Part shown: one piece after another, positions 1-9,342 of the stretch
Numbering within the stretch: position 1 is the first letter of the stretch
Layout: the number at the start of each line of letters is the position of its first letter
Source: Prevotella sp. UBA746
GTDB lineage: Bacteria > Bacteroidota > Bacteroidia > Bacteroidales > Bacteroidaceae
Reading direction: 5' to 3'
Length of the DNA: 64,000 bases
Assembly: GCA_002298545.1 (NCBI GenBank)
Contig: DBKQ01000005.1
Location: forward strand, 187-64,186
Made by a program: the position numbers and the translations under genes
Notes under the pieces: generated by a model
Seen by the model: the letters and a program-made list of their open reading frames with translations, nothing else
Told to the model about the DNA's origin: nothing
Database searches by the model: none

Positions 1-283
1 CTACGATGCATGGTTTGATGTCCTTTCCGCTGCAGTCAGGCGACGTGTCGTAGTGGCTGATGAATCCGATGGTAGGGATTTCCTTCTTTGTGTTAGCCTT
101 CAGTGTGGCATAGATATACCCCTGTTCGTCCATCTCCACATCGCTAAAGCCCTCGGCTTTCAGTTCGTCGCGCAGATACTCGGCAAATATGAGTTGTTTG
201 CTTGTGCTCGGCACGATCTGGCTCTCTTCAGCCGACTGTGTGTCGAACTTCACATAGTTCAAGAATCTTTCGGTTATGTTCAT
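1..283 (-). CDS. pepT: Peptidase T (tripeptide aminopeptidase), 5' part; runs off the window edge
   Basis: Not in the ORF track. Hand translation from ATG at 283 gives MNITERFLNYVKFDTQS...STSKQ...GYIYATLKANT...IPTIGFISHYDTSPDCSGKDIKP, the characteristic PepT N-terminus. Confidence 0.9.
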   Translation of the reverse strand, partial: MNITERFLNYVKFDTQSAEESQIVPSTSKQLIFAEYLRDELKAEGFSDVEMDEQGYIYATLKANTKKEIPTIGFISHYDTSPDCSGKDIKPCIV

Positions 284-465
284 TTCCGTATTCGTTTTTA
301 TTATGGTTAAGTCAATATGTCAGCAAAATTATAAATGATATTTGAGGTATGCAAGTATTTGCAGGGAAATTAAGCATCTGATGTTTGTATTTTCTTTCTA
401 TTTATAGCCAATATTCGGCTAAGTGTATAAAGTGTACTGCAATTTTATACTTTGTATTAATAATC

Positions 466-546
466 TTGCTATATTTGCAGCATCAAATGCATTTGTACAG
501 ACCAGACTGAGAAAGGAGCGAAATCCGAAAAGCTATATGAGTAGGA
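466..546 (+). repeat. Promoter-leader repeat, copy 1 (TAnnTTTG -7 box at 470-477; 12-bp palindrome CAAATGCATTTG at 484-495)
   Basis: Near-identical to 4334-4415: 37-bp perfect core, 5 substitutions and 1 indel over about 81 bp. Confidence 0.9.
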
Positions 547-735
547 GAAACATTCTTAAACTAATAACATTGAGAAAGAAATTATTTCCACTTATTTTAT
601 TACTTGTGTGCTGGACATCCAACTTAATTGAATGTCTACTTTCTTCAACACAAGAAGTTAAAGTTTCTAACATTATAACTTTAAGCAGTTTTGTGTATAC
701 TATACTAACAACAATTGTAATTTATCGCATTAATC

Positions 736-1649
736 ATGAAAAAAAATAATTTATTCTTCAGTCTTTTAAATATATGCTTATTGGTATTTTGTGTTTCTTG
801 TTCAAATAATGATATAGAACAAGACGTTACTCAAGAATCTTTGAGTATAAATACGCATATATGCAATACTCGTACAAATATGAATAATATATCGCTCAAG
901 TTTATTATTCAGAAGTTCAATGCAAGTAAAAATGAAACAAATGTCCATAACATTATGCTGGATAATTTATATGGTGCTCTTGAAAAGAATCCCATTTCGG
1001 TAAATAAAAAAAATATTGGACAACAATATGTCGCTTGATTCTTGTATAAATCTTTTTATTACAGCAAATAATGGTACTCTTCGTTACAATGATATAGTTA
1101 TGCGAGATAAGAATGATTTCCCGTCATTCTCTTTTTTAAAAGGATGCGTAAATGACAACGTCGTTTTGAAAAAAGACTATAAATCTACAAAAACATTATC
1201 AGAAAATAATAAGGATATTCCTAATTATTTATCCATGTTTTTTGACGAATTTTTCACTGTTGAAGATGTGGACATGAACAATTTGGATAATGAAATCATA
1301 ATGGCGATAGAAAAGGTTGAGTCATCATATCCATATTTGACAAATGATGAACTTGATGGTTTGTTTTTTGTTGCAGGTATTACTTACAATTCATGTGAAT
1401 ATTGGTATGAAAAGTCTGACAAATGGACAGAATTATTATGTCGGAAAAAGCCCACAAACTCCAATTGGTTATGGACAGGAGTGAAAAATGGTGTAAAAAA
1501 AATGGGCTAAAGCGGATAGTGCCGGTGCAATAAATGCTTGGGCAACATGCAAACTTGGAGGAGCTGCAAGTGGTGGGACTGTCTTGTTGGCTGGTGCTGC
1601 TATTGGGTCTGTAGTTGGTGCTTGGAACAATCTTCCTTTTTGGGATTAA
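736..1649 (+). pseudogene. Lipoprotein with C-terminal glycine-zipper-like hydrophobic tail, split by two +1 frameshifts in A8 tracts
   Basis: Lipobox-like FCVSC signal. Shortening A8 at 1006-1013 and A8 at 1495-1502 to A7 joins ORFs 736-1038 and 1016-1510 and a tail KKWAKADSAGAINAWATCKLGGAASGGTVLLAGAAIGSVVGAWNNLPFWD* into one ~303-aa frame. Confidence 0.75.
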
Positions 1650-1718
1650 ATGATTTTTATTGAGATATTTATTTAAGTTTCGAATTTACTTTTGAGCATA
1701 TAAGTGTTTTATACATGT

Positions 1719-1762
1719 GACAATAGAGAGAACTGAAAATATGTTATCTCTATTGTCTTTTT
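1719..1762 (+). terminator. Putative intrinsic terminator
   Basis: GACAATAGAGA...TCTCTATTGTC stem followed by a T-run, downstream of the lipoprotein gene. Confidence 0.6.
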
Positions 1763-2093
1763 ATTGTTGTTCGTTAAGCTCACATAGTGGTATTTAGAAC
1801 CAGTATTCTAAGCTTTATTCAGTTATGCTATGGTTTATGCGAGAGTGAAGATAAGATTATTTTTTCTTGTTATTTATTACTTTTTCCACCTAAAAAAAAT
1901 ACTTTCTATTTCCTATATAGATAATATTCAGCGTATATGTATAAAATGTACTTCCTTTATAACAATTTGATAATAAATGTATTATTGGATTTTCTGTCCA
2001 TATAAAAAAACAGCGCTTTGCAATTTTATGTATTAAATATTGCATCATATCACATTATTTTTTTATTTTTGCAGAAATCAAAAAATAAAGTAT

Positions 2094-2471
2094 ATGAAGA
2101 AATTCGCTTTTGTTATAACTCTTTTGCTGAATTGTGTTATTCTACGTTCTCAAAATATCAGGCAAGACATTTTGAGTACTATATATTTAAAGTATGAAAT
2201 TATTGACCCAACTTTTTCTGGCACTACAATAAAAAGGATACCAACAGTATCACCAGTAGTTGCTGTATATTGTAATGGAGCCGTAAGTTTCTCAGGCATG
2301 TCATCAGACGGTATTTTAACTGTGTCAGATGCAATCTCAGGAACAATTGTTGTCGAAAATATTCCTGTAAATTGTGACGGCTCGCTCATACTTCCAGAAT
2401 TGAAGTCTGGAACATATCGTATAGAACTTGAAACAGGTGGAATGGGTTACATTGGTTATTTGAAGGTATGA
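2094..2471 (+). CDS. DUF3244-like secreted Ig-fold protein
   Basis: Signal peptide MKKFAFVITLLL (ATG 2094). C-terminal LPELKSGTYRIELETGGMGYIGYL resembles DUF3244, and it sits directly upstream of a TPR gene as is usual in Bacteroidales. Confidence 0.65.
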   Translation: MKKFAFVITLLLNCVILRSQNIRQDILSTIYLKYEIIDPTFSGTTIKRIPTVSPVVAVYCNGAVSFSGMSSDGILTVSDAISGTIVVENIPVNCDGSLILPELKSGTYRIELETGGMGYIGYLKV

Positions 2472-4225
2472 TATTTTTTTTAGATTACAAGATAAAGGAA
2501 CTTTTCTATGCCTTTTTGTTTATACTTTGCTTCTGTTCTTGTAATGATTCCGATAAAAGATTGTCTCATGTAGAAATTCTCATGGATAAGACTCCTGATA
2601 CATGTCTTGCAATATTGAACAGAATGGAAAAGCAATTGCCTGTTTTTTCCAGAGCAGATGCAATGAAGTATTTGCTACTCCGGACAGAGGTAATGAACAA
2701 GTTGCTTATCAGAATTGATACTGTTAGCTACATGCCACAGGTCTTGGACTATTATAAGTCGCACGGTACGAAAAAAGAACAGATTATGGCTTTTTATTTG
2801 ATGGGATGCGTATACAGAGACCGAAACAATGCCCAATTGGCTCTTGAATATTTCCTTGAAGCTGTAGAATTTGTAGAAAAAAACAATAAAAAAGATATAT
2901 TGGATTTACAGGCTATAGTTTACGGACAAATTGGCTATGAGTATTTTAAACAGCGATTGCCCGGAAGGGCCCTTTATGCCTGGAAAAAATGCCGCAGCCT
3001 GGCTATGCAGGCTGGTGATACAGTCTTGGCATTACAGGGATTGGAACATTGTGGGTATGCCTATGAATTACTCAACAATACTGACAGTGCAGTAAATACT
3101 GCAAAGCGTGTGTATCATGGATATATGAAAAACGGAAATAGAAATTATGCTGCGACTTCGGTGAGTACTTTGACAAACTATTACCTCCAGTGTGATAGCC
3201 TTGAAAAAGCTAAAAGCCTTATTGATGAATATTTCTCTTTTTCTGGAATTGCTGATGAAAGCGGAAATTTACCACGAGGACAAAACCTTTTTTATTATTA
3301 TTTTGCAAACTATTATGAGCGTAAGAATAATTTGGACTCAGCAAAATTTTATTATCGAAAACTTATAAACACGTCTGGAGAATTCAGTTGTCTTGAGAAT
3401 GGCTTTAAAGGATTGATGAGCATTTATTCAAAAATAGGTAATGCTGACTCTATTGCCAAATATGCCAATTTGTATGCTGATGCCAACGACTCCGCAAATT
3501 TCACGAAGGCTGCAGTGGAGATGAACAGAATGCAAGCGGCTTACGATTATTCTGAAAGTAAGAAGCATGCTTTAGAACAAGAGACAAGGGCTAATCACCT
3601 GACACTTTTGTTGGCTTGTATTGTATTGGTCGTAATATTGATATTTTTCCTTGTATTCTTTTTGACAAAACGACGGCATGATAGAAGGAAAGAAGAGATG
3701 CGTAAGGTTAATGAAAAATATACTGACACCTTGATGAAGTATAAAAAAACTGTAGAGGATATTGGAAAGATAAAAGAAAATTTTGACAAATATAAAAGTG
3801 AAAAGAAAAACGAGATTGTAAATTTGAGAAACGCATTATCTGCATTTACCGAACATTCTGATGATGAAGATTGGGATGCAGAGCAAATGCTTTTAAAACA
3901 TGGAGTTGTGGTAAGACTACATAAACATGCGGCGAGAGGTGAAGAGCCTTCGGCAAATGAGTTTGTTGATCTTGTAGAACTTATAAGGAAAATAATTCCG
4001 GCTTTCTATACCTTCGTTTCCGACCCTGAGTGTGGATTGTCAGAAAAAGATATCCTTCTTTGTTGCCTTACGAGACTGCACTTTATTCCGACAGAAATCG
4101 CTACATTGTTGAACCTAACCAAACAGAGAATCTCAAATATGCGTTCTTCTTTGAATAGACGTTTATTCAAGGGGGTTGGTACAAGGTCTTTTACTGTAAA
4201 TGTATACCGTGTTGGCAAAGCATGA
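2468..4225 (+). CDS. Membrane-anchored TPR sensor with C-terminal LuxR-like HTH (one-component regulator)
   Basis: Lipoprotein-like signal (CFCSC), TPR-like helices (AFYLMGCVYRDRNNAQLALEYF), single TM (LLLACIVLVVILIFFLVFFL), coiled coil, then LSEKDILLCCLTRLHFIPTEIATLLNLTKQRISNMRSSLNRRLF. Overlaps the upstream gene by ATGA. Confidence 0.75.
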   Translation: MIFFLDYKIKELFYAFLFILCFCSCNDSDKRLSHVEILMDKTPDTCLAILNRMEKQLPVFSRADAMKYLLLRTEVMNKLLIRIDTVSYMPQVLDYYKSHGTKKEQIMAFYLMGCVYRDRNNAQLALEYFLEAVEFVEKNNKKDILDLQAIVYGQIGYEYFKQRLPGRALYAWKKCRSLAMQAGDTVLALQGLEHCGYAYELLNNTDSAVNTAKRVYHGYMKNGNRNYAATSVSTLTNYYLQCDSLEKAKSLIDEYFSFSGIADESGNLPRGQNLFYYYFANYYERKNNLDSAKFYYRKLINTSGEFSCLENGFKGLMSIYSKIGNADSIAKYANLYADANDSANFTKAAVEMNRMQAAYDYSESKKHALEQETRANHLTLLLACIVLVVILIFFLVFFLTKRRHDRRKEEMRKVNEKYTDTLMKYKKTVEDIGKIKENFDKYKSEKKNEIVNLRNALSAFTEHSDDEDWDAEQMLLKHGVVVRLHKHAARGEEPSANEFVDLVELIRKIIPAFYTFVSDPECGLSEKDILLCCLTRLHFIPTEIATLLNLTKQRISNMRSSLNRRLFKGVGTRSFTVNVYRVGKA

Positions 4226-4333
4226 CAAAGTGTATTATTGCATATAACGATATGAAATATATGCAGTTATGAAGTGCATTATCTACCGCTGTTTATGAAA
4301 TGTATTGCAGTTTCTATCATACTAAAAGAAGTA

Positions 4334-4415
4334 TTGCTACCTTTGCAGCATCAAATGCATTTGTACAGACCAGACTGAAAAAAGGAGCGGAATCCGAAAA
4401 GCTACATGAGTAGGA
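4334..4415 (+). repeat. Promoter-leader repeat, copy 2 (TACCTTTG at 4338-4345)
   Basis: Direct repeat of 466-546. Confidence 0.9.
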
Positions 4416-4435
4416 TTATATTAAACTTTAATATT

Positions 4436-4642
4436 ATGAAGAAGTTAATATTTTGTTTATTCTTTGGATTATTCACTTGTGCTTATGCATCAGCTGATCC
4501 AATTAAAGTAACTCTTTCCAATGGGGAAACAGTTATTCTGGAGTCTACAGATTTTGCAAATATGATGGAACTGATGAGTTATATTCAGAAGCTTGAAGAT
4601 TCTATAAGCAAAAATTTGGAAGGTCAAGTTCGTCAGGCTTAG
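4436..4642 (+). CDS. Small secreted protein/peptide (68 aa)
   Basis: Clear signal peptide MKKLIFCLFFGLFTCAYASA, located directly after the promoter-leader repeat and before a GLPGLI gene. Confidence 0.7.
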   Translation: MKKLIFCLFFGLFTCAYASADPIKVTLSNGETVILESTDFANMMELMSYIQKLEDSISKNLEGQVRQA

Positions 4643-4764
4643 GTTATAATAAGGTTTGTATTGACATTTTTTATTTGTCAATACAAGCTTTTTCCTATTT
4701 TTATATATTTGAGTTATATCTTTGTACTTTTTACAGATTTCTATCTTATTTTTTAATATTAGCT

Positions 4765-5619
4765 ATGAGGATAGTATTAGCTTTTTTATTGGTGTTTGCC
4801 ATACAGTTTAGGCCTTTATTTGGACAGAATCTCAGAGGCGGTTCCGTTCCACAGCTTGCCGTAATACAAAAAAATGTATACGATACGGCATATGTAAAGG
4901 TTTATTATGAATATAAGGTCAGAAAAGATTCCTTGTCAGACAAAAAGGAAAATGGACAGACTATATTGCTTATCGGAAATAATAATGTTGGATTTTACGA
5001 CTATTATAAACTTCGAGCTAATGCTGTAAACGATTCTGTGTCTTTGGCAAAAGGAACAGCAATGGATGCTTTTGCAAAATTGTCAGGTATGATGACAAAT
5101 ATAAAGTACAGAAGTCCACTTGTCATTGACCGAAGAAAGAATAAGGTGATGGTACAGCTTGAGAATGTCAATGTCTACCAGTATGAGGAGCCTGTACCGA
5201 ATATTGTATGGCATTATGAAGATGGGGACACTACGCTGTGTGAAGTACCTTGCAAAAAGGCAACATGCTATTTTGGCGGAAGAAAATGGACTGCATGGTA
5301 TGCTCCATCATTTAGTGTCAATGCAGGACCATATTTGTTCAGTGGTCTTCAGGGACTGATATTTGATATAAGCGACACAAAGGATAATTTCCGTTTTTCA
5401 CTTAATGGCGTAGAAAATCTTCAGCAACCAGAGTTGATATATCTCAACTCTGATAAATCTATAGAGCATACTACACGCGACAAGGCACGACGTGCTGTAG
5501 AAAACGAACAGCACTATTTTGTTGAGGCTTTGATGATGAAAGCACCGGGAACCCGTTTGCCGAAGAGTATACAGAATGGAAAATTAAAAAGTGCATATAA
5601 CCCTATAGAACTTTATTAA
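4765..5619 (+). CDS. GLPGLI family protein
   Basis: CKKATCYFGGRKWTAWYAP...GPYLFSGLQGLIF motif and C-terminal YNPIELY. Start placed at the ATG with a signal peptide. Confidence 0.85.
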   Translation: MRIVLAFLLVFAIQFRPLFGQNLRGGSVPQLAVIQKNVYDTAYVKVYYEYKVRKDSLSDKKENGQTILLIGNNNVGFYDYYKLRANAVNDSVSLAKGTAMDAFAKLSGMMTNIKYRSPLVIDRRKNKVMVQLENVNVYQYEEPVPNIVWHYEDGDTTLCEVPCKKATCYFGGRKWTAWYAPSFSVNAGPYLFSGLQGLIFDISDTKDNFRFSLNGVENLQQPELIYLNSDKSIEHTTRDKARRAVENEQHYFVEALMMKAPGTRLPKSIQNGKLKSAYNPIELY

Positions 5620-7950
5620 ATGAGAGTATGGATTTTATTTGCTGCATTGTCAATGCAAATTGTAGGCTGGTCGCAGAATGTTGCAGAAAAGAACAAGAAT
5701 CCTATAGCTCTGCCTGGAGTAGTGGTCAGACTGAAGCCTATTGAGCAATGTAAGGATACAATAAAATATAATGTGCCAGCTTTTCTAGACAAGAACGACC
5801 ATTATCTTGAAGATGTACTGAAGAAAATGCCGGGAATAGAAGTGTCTGACAATGGCATCATAACTTATAAAGGAAATTCCATAAACAAATTGAATATTGA
5901 AGGGCAGGACTTACTCGGCAACCGCTATAATCAGGCAACACGTAATCTACCTGTAGAGGCTATTTCTCAAGTACAGGTGATGGAAAACGATCAGCCAGTC
6001 AAGGCTCTTAAAGGTTCTGTCTTTTCGGACAAAGCAACACTAAATATAAAATTGAAAAAAGGATACAGAATGAGACCTTTCGGGGAAATAGAGGGAACTG
6101 CAGGAAAATCTGAGACTACAATTTGGAACAATCATCTTACAATTATAAATATAGCAAAAAAAAATCAGGCTCTTGTGTCGGTAAAGATGAACAATACAGG
6201 TGAAAGCCTTGATGAAAACCCTACCAAGACCATTGATGCTAAGTATCTTGACAGTTACGTTCCATTGCCTGACAATCTCGTAAATACCAAGGAATCACTT
6301 ATGCTTCCGATAAGCAAGAGACGATATATGAAGAACAAGTCGTATTCTGCAGATATAAATCACCTACACAGAGTGGGACGCTATGGAAGTCTGCGCACAA
6401 ACATAAGTTATTATGGAAACAGTACAAACCAGAGCGACAGTACTTATTGTCTCTATGGCGGAGATTATTCTACTTCAGTTTTTGATAGGAACAGATTGAA
6501 GGTAAAAAAATATACCTTTGTTCCCAAGCTTGAATATGAGCTAAATTCGCCAAATGTTTTTATACTCGACGAACTTTCTGCAAACATGACTTTTATGTCA
6601 GTCAAGAATATGCTTAACAGCAGCGGACAAAATATCGTGCCTTATGTTACGCATCATCCTTTTTTCGTACACAACAACTTGCACTTGACGATATCGGCTG
6701 GAGCAAGAGTTTATTCTGTAAGCTCATTGTTGCGCTATTACCGTAATAGCGAGGAAATGCAAGTGACAGACACGACTGGATTGTATGACTTCAGCGGAAA
6801 ATATGCTTCAGAAAATTTGCTCATGAAGGGTGAACTGTCAACGACATTTCCTTTATTCGGCAAGAGTCTGCATGTCGGTTATGCCGTTGAGTACAATTCT
6901 GACAGGATAAAGGTATCACCTTTCGACTATGTCTCTAACAGTCGCCTTTACAATAGCTTGTCTTTTGAGCATACATTTAAGTACAGCAGAGGCTTGATTG
7001 ATATCTGTTTGCCTGTTGAATTATTAGTATCTTACGTGCCGTGGAATGGCAATGACACGAAAAAGCTATACATTTCGCCATATGTCAGGTGGAGACATGA
7101 ATTATCACCCAAATGGCTCATGAAAATGAATTTCATCATGTCGCAGAAAGAATCTTCCGATGTGTTGTATCCACAGAAGTACCGTTCCGATTACCGTACT
7201 TTCAATACTCCAGCTGATTGTATCGGGTGGATGCGATCTACGGGACCATCGCTGTCAATCAACTACACAGACTTTGCCAATATGATTGCCTTTAATTTCT
7301 TGGCTTCAGTTTCGTGGCGCTTCAATGACCGTAGCAATTCGTATGAAATCCATGACGACTACACTTATATCGTTCCAGCATGGAGAAAATCAACAATGAC
7401 GACATTCTTTACCAAGACAGCCATAGACAAGACTTTTACTTCTCAACATCTTGAGGCAAAAGCGTCGGTCAGCTACAACCGCAATGAAATGCCTATAATA
7501 CAAAACAATGCATCTGCAAAATTGACATCTAATGTATTGTCTTCCACCATAAGCCTGCGTTGGAATAAGCTGACGTGGCTTCAAATCTCCAATTCTGCAA
7601 CATTCAATGTGTCGTGGCAGGATAAACATTCCGGCATTGAAAGTTACACTCTTAAAAATATGTATGACGAATTTGACGTAAATGTATATCCGTCAGATAA
7701 AATATCTATGGGTGTCAGTGCAGAGTATTCTATAATACAAACGGCAAAGGCCGAGTATAACCATATACCTTTCGTTGATGCTTCAGTGATTTACAAACTG
7801 TCAAATGTCGTTGAATTCAATTTACACCTCAATAATGCATTAAACCGTAAGCATTATGTCAATGCTTCTTACACGTGGTTTAATTACAGGTATTTTTCCA
7901 TGCCTTTACGTGGCAGAGAGCTAATTTTGGGCATAAAACTTAAATTCTGA
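5620..7950 (+). CDS. Outer-membrane beta-barrel / TonB-dependent-receptor-like protein of GLPGLI loci
   Basis: Plug-like DTIKYNV...LEDVLKKMPGIEV...IEGQDLLGNRYNQATRNLP and terminal GRELILGIKLKF. Confidence 0.8.
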   Translation: MRVWILFAALSMQIVGWSQNVAEKNKNPIALPGVVVRLKPIEQCKDTIKYNVPAFLDKNDHYLEDVLKKMPGIEVSDNGIITYKGNSINKLNIEGQDLLGNRYNQATRNLPVEAISQVQVMENDQPVKALKGSVFSDKATLNIKLKKGYRMRPFGEIEGTAGKSETTIWNNHLTIINIAKKNQALVSVKMNNTGESLDENPTKTIDAKYLDSYVPLPDNLVNTKESLMLPISKRRYMKNKSYSADINHLHRVGRYGSLRTNISYYGNSTNQSDSTYCLYGGDYSTSVFDRNRLKVKKYTFVPKLEYELNSPNVFILDELSANMTFMSVKNMLNSSGQNIVPYVTHHPFFVHNNLHLTISAGARVYSVSSLLRYYRNSEEMQVTDTTGLYDFSGKYASENLLMKGELSTTFPLFGKSLHVGYAVEYNSDRIKVSPFDYVSNSRLYNSLSFEHTFKYSRGLIDICLPVELLVSYVPWNGNDTKKLYISPYVRWRHELSPKWLMKMNFIMSQKESSDVLYPQKYRSDYRTFNTPADCIGWMRSTGPSLSINYTDFANMIAFNFLASVSWRFNDRSNSYEIHDDYTYIVPAWRKSTMTTFFTKTAIDKTFTSQHLEAKASVSYNRNEMPIIQNNASAKLTSNVLSSTISLRWNKLTWLQISNSATFNVSWQDKHSGIESYTLKNMYDEFDVNVYPSDKISMGVSAEYSIIQTAKAEYNHIPFVDASVIYKLSNVVEFNLHLNNALNRKHYVNASYTWFNYRYFSMPLRGRELILGIKLKF

Positions 7951-7996
7951 CTTTTTGATATAACCGATAGGTATATCGCTTCCACAGAAAAGGAAC

Positions 7997-8034
7997 ACAG
8001 AATCCAGTTGCCGTAAATAGCAACAGGATTCTGT
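7997..8034. terminator. Hairpin between convergent units, probable terminator
   Basis: ACAGAATCC-A-GTTGC / GCAAC-A-GGATTCTGT inverted repeat. Confidence 0.5.
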
Positions 8035-8067
8035 AGAAAAGCTTTATTTATGAGAATAGTACAAAAA

Positions 8068-8242
8068 TCATCTAATAACAACCTTGCGTGTCGTTCCGTC
8101 ATTCATCTTCTGAATAAGCAAACCTTTTGAGCTGCCGATAGAACGTACACCGCCGACAGTATAGCTATACTTAGGTGTAATGCCAGATTTAGCCTGTGAT
8201 ATGCCTGAAAGAATTGCGGAAGCATCGTTTGAGAAAAAGGTA
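8068..8242 (-). pseudogene. Orphan 3' fragment of a T9SS C-terminal-domain protein
   Basis: Reads SGISQAKSGITPKYSYTVGGVRSIGSSKGLLIQKMNDGTTRKVVIR*, a Prevotella-type CTD pattern. It has no proper 5' part; the listed ORF runs into tRNA sequence. Confidence 0.6.
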
Positions 8243-8317
8243 TTTTCTATACCGATGTTTTCATGAAGAAAATCTTGTTGCCAATATCTGCGATAGTAAA
8301 AGTTCTCACTGTATAAT

Positions 8318-8355
8318 GTGACTCCGGTGGGATTCAAACCCACGACCTTCAGAAC
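8318..8355 (-). repeat. Exact 38-bp duplicate of the tRNA-Arg 3' half (att-like)
   Basis: GTGACTCCGGTGGGATTCAAACCCACGACCTTCAGAAC is identical to 8402-8439. Confidence 0.9.
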
Positions 8356-8399
8356 TTTTTCTATACCGATAGAAGTTACAGAAAGTCTTCTTAATGCTT

Positions 8400-8476
8400 T
8401 GGTGACTCCGGTGGGATTCAAACCCACGACCTTCAGAACCGGAATCTGACGCTCTATTCAGCTAAGCTACGGAGCC
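8400..8476 (-). tRNA. tRNA-Arg(CCG)
   Basis: Reverse complement GGCTCCG...TCAGA-TTCCGGT-TCTGA...GTTTGAATC...CGGAGTC-A-CCA folds as a cloverleaf with anticodon CCG and encoded CCA. A TATCTTTG -7 box lies at 8487-8494. Confidence 0.95.
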
Positions 8477-8589
8477 AAAGCGAGTGCAAAGATACTTCTA
8501 ATTTGTCTTATTACAAAATTTATTGCTACTTTTGTAAGCAAAAAATAGGAACGAGGCTTTCATGCCTATACAAAATTATGATTAAGACA

Positions 8590-9330
8590 ATGAAATATAG
8601 AAGTCTGTATGCTACACTTATTCTTATTTTATTATCTGCTTTCTGCCTTAGCACAAGGGCTGAAGGAGCAGACAGAATGGAGGTTGGAACAGACAGAATG
8701 GTGGCTGGAACAACTATCAGCAGTCGGGATATTGAACATGCCGGTGCGGATAAGTATTTTTATTCCGAACCTATTCCCGATGCCGTATTTGCAAGAATGA
8801 AGGGGAAATCGTATAAAAGCTACTGCACGGTAAAACGTCAGGATTTAAGATACGTCCGCGTGCTGCATTATAATATAAAAGGTGAGATAAAGGTTGGCGA
8901 ACTGGTATGCCACAAGAGTATCGCTGCTGACCTGGTGGATATTTTCCGCAACCTTTATAAATCAAAATATCCTATAGAGCGCATGGTGCTGATAGACAAC
9001 TACGGAGCCGACGACGAACGGGCAATGGAGGCAAACAACACGTCATGCTTCAATTTCCGCTATGTCTCAGGCACCAAGGTGCCGTCGAACCACAGTTGGG
9101 GCAAGGCGATAGACATCAATCCTCTGTATAATCCGTACGTGAGGCATGGGCGGAATGGGAAACTGCAAGTAAGTCCTCAGAACGGCAGACAATATGCCGA
9201 CCGCTCAAAGGACTTTAAGTATAAGATAGACAGAAACGATCTGTGCTACCGGGAATTCATCCGCCACGGCTTTACGTGGGGCGGAGGCTGGCGCCGGGTA
9301 AAGGACTACCAGCATTTTGAAAAGAAATAG
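8590..9330 (+). CDS. M15 family metallopeptidase (peptidoglycan carboxy/endopeptidase)
   Basis: NNTSCFNFR...SNHSWGKAIDINP...WGGGW...DYQHFE motifs and a signal peptide. Confidence 0.85.
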   Translation: MKYRSLYATLILILLSAFCLSTRAEGADRMEVGTDRMVAGTTISSRDIEHAGADKYFYSEPIPDAVFARMKGKSYKSYCTVKRQDLRYVRVLHYNIKGEIKVGELVCHKSIAADLVDIFRNLYKSKYPIERMVLIDNYGADDERAMEANNTSCFNFRYVSGTKVPSNHSWGKAIDINPLYNPYVRHGRNGKLQVSPQNGRQYADRSKDFKYKIDRNDLCYREFIRHGFTWGGGWRRVKDYQHFEKK

Positions 9331-9342
9331 CTAATGCCGTTT

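Noticed and set aside
53..310. 85-aa plus-strand ORF
   Set aside because: Antisense shadow of pepT.
423..749. 108-aa ORF upstream of the lipoprotein
   Set aside because: GTG start, runs through the promoter-leader repeat, no recognisable motif.
1650..1900. Possible immunity gene after the toxin-like lipoprotein
   Set aside because: The ATG at 1650 closes after 8 codons and a terminator-like hairpin follows; no convincing ORF.
8068..8427. 119-aa ORF with repeated GLNPTGVT
   Set aside because: The repeat is translated tRNA sequence; only the CTD-like 3' part looks genuinely coding.
8243..8439. Mini CRISPR-like repeat-spacer pattern
   Set aside because: Only two copies, the repeat is a tRNA half, and no cas genes are present.
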